A DNA stretch of 16,166 nucleotides. It comes from a virus. This document shows positions 16,075 to 16,166 of this stretch, in pieces (position 1 is the stretch's first letter; each line of letters opens with the position of its first letter). The notes beneath the pieces were generated by a model. It searched no databases and was not told the origin of the DNA. It saw only the letters and a program-made list of their open reading frames with translations. A program made the position numbers and the translations under genes. The stretch lies in UHGV virus genome UHGV-0245760; one strand, 5' to 3'.

Positions 16075-16113
16075 ACACTGCTTATTGCTTTGATTTTATT
16101 CTTATCTTTCCCA

Positions 16114-16166
16114 TGGTACCCGGAGCGGGACTTGAACCCGCACAGCGCGAACGCCGAGGGATTTTA
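16114..16166 (-). tRNA. leuZ: tRNA-Leu(UAA), 3' portion only (anticodon loop to CCA); 5' part lies beyond the window
   Basis: Reverse complement of 16114-16166 is TAAAATCCCTCGGCGTTCGCGCTGTGCGGGTTCAAGTCCCGCTCCGGGTACCA, matching the E. coli leuZ 3' half as I remember it (variable arm, T-arm GGTTCAAGTCC, acceptor, CCA). Confidence 0.85.

Overview
This window looks like the late (tail) region of a P2-like myovirus prophage in an enterobacterial chromosome, ending next to the 3' part of a tRNA-Leu(UAA) gene (leuZ-type). All protein identifications are from reading the translations against remembered family signatures; no database search or computed statistic was run. Plus strand, 1-5810: the 3' end of an upstream ORF, then tail completion R and S, baseplate V, W, J, I, tail fiber H and a tail-fiber assembly gene, tightly packed with overlapping stop/start codons. 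At 4983-6844 there is a Mu G-segment-like invertible cassette: two 26-bp inverted crossover sites bracket two alternative fiber C-termini and two convergent assembly-chaperone genes, with a Hin/Gin/Cin/Pin-family serine invertase gene immediately beside it (6899-7498). Minus strand, 7525-13205: tail proteins U, tape measure T (with an in-frame 105-bp tandem duplication), E and E+E' (slippery T_TTT_TTG), tube FII and sheath FI. This block is inverted relative to the canonical P2 order. Plus strand, 13363-14773: gpD and the Ogr zinc-finger late activator. Between ogr and the tRNA lie an intact hok/gef-family type I toxin gene (46 codons, too short for the ORF track), a small signal-peptide protein gene on the minus strand, and a second, internally deleted hok-like remnant. 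No integrase, CRISPR array, rRNA or IS element was recognised.
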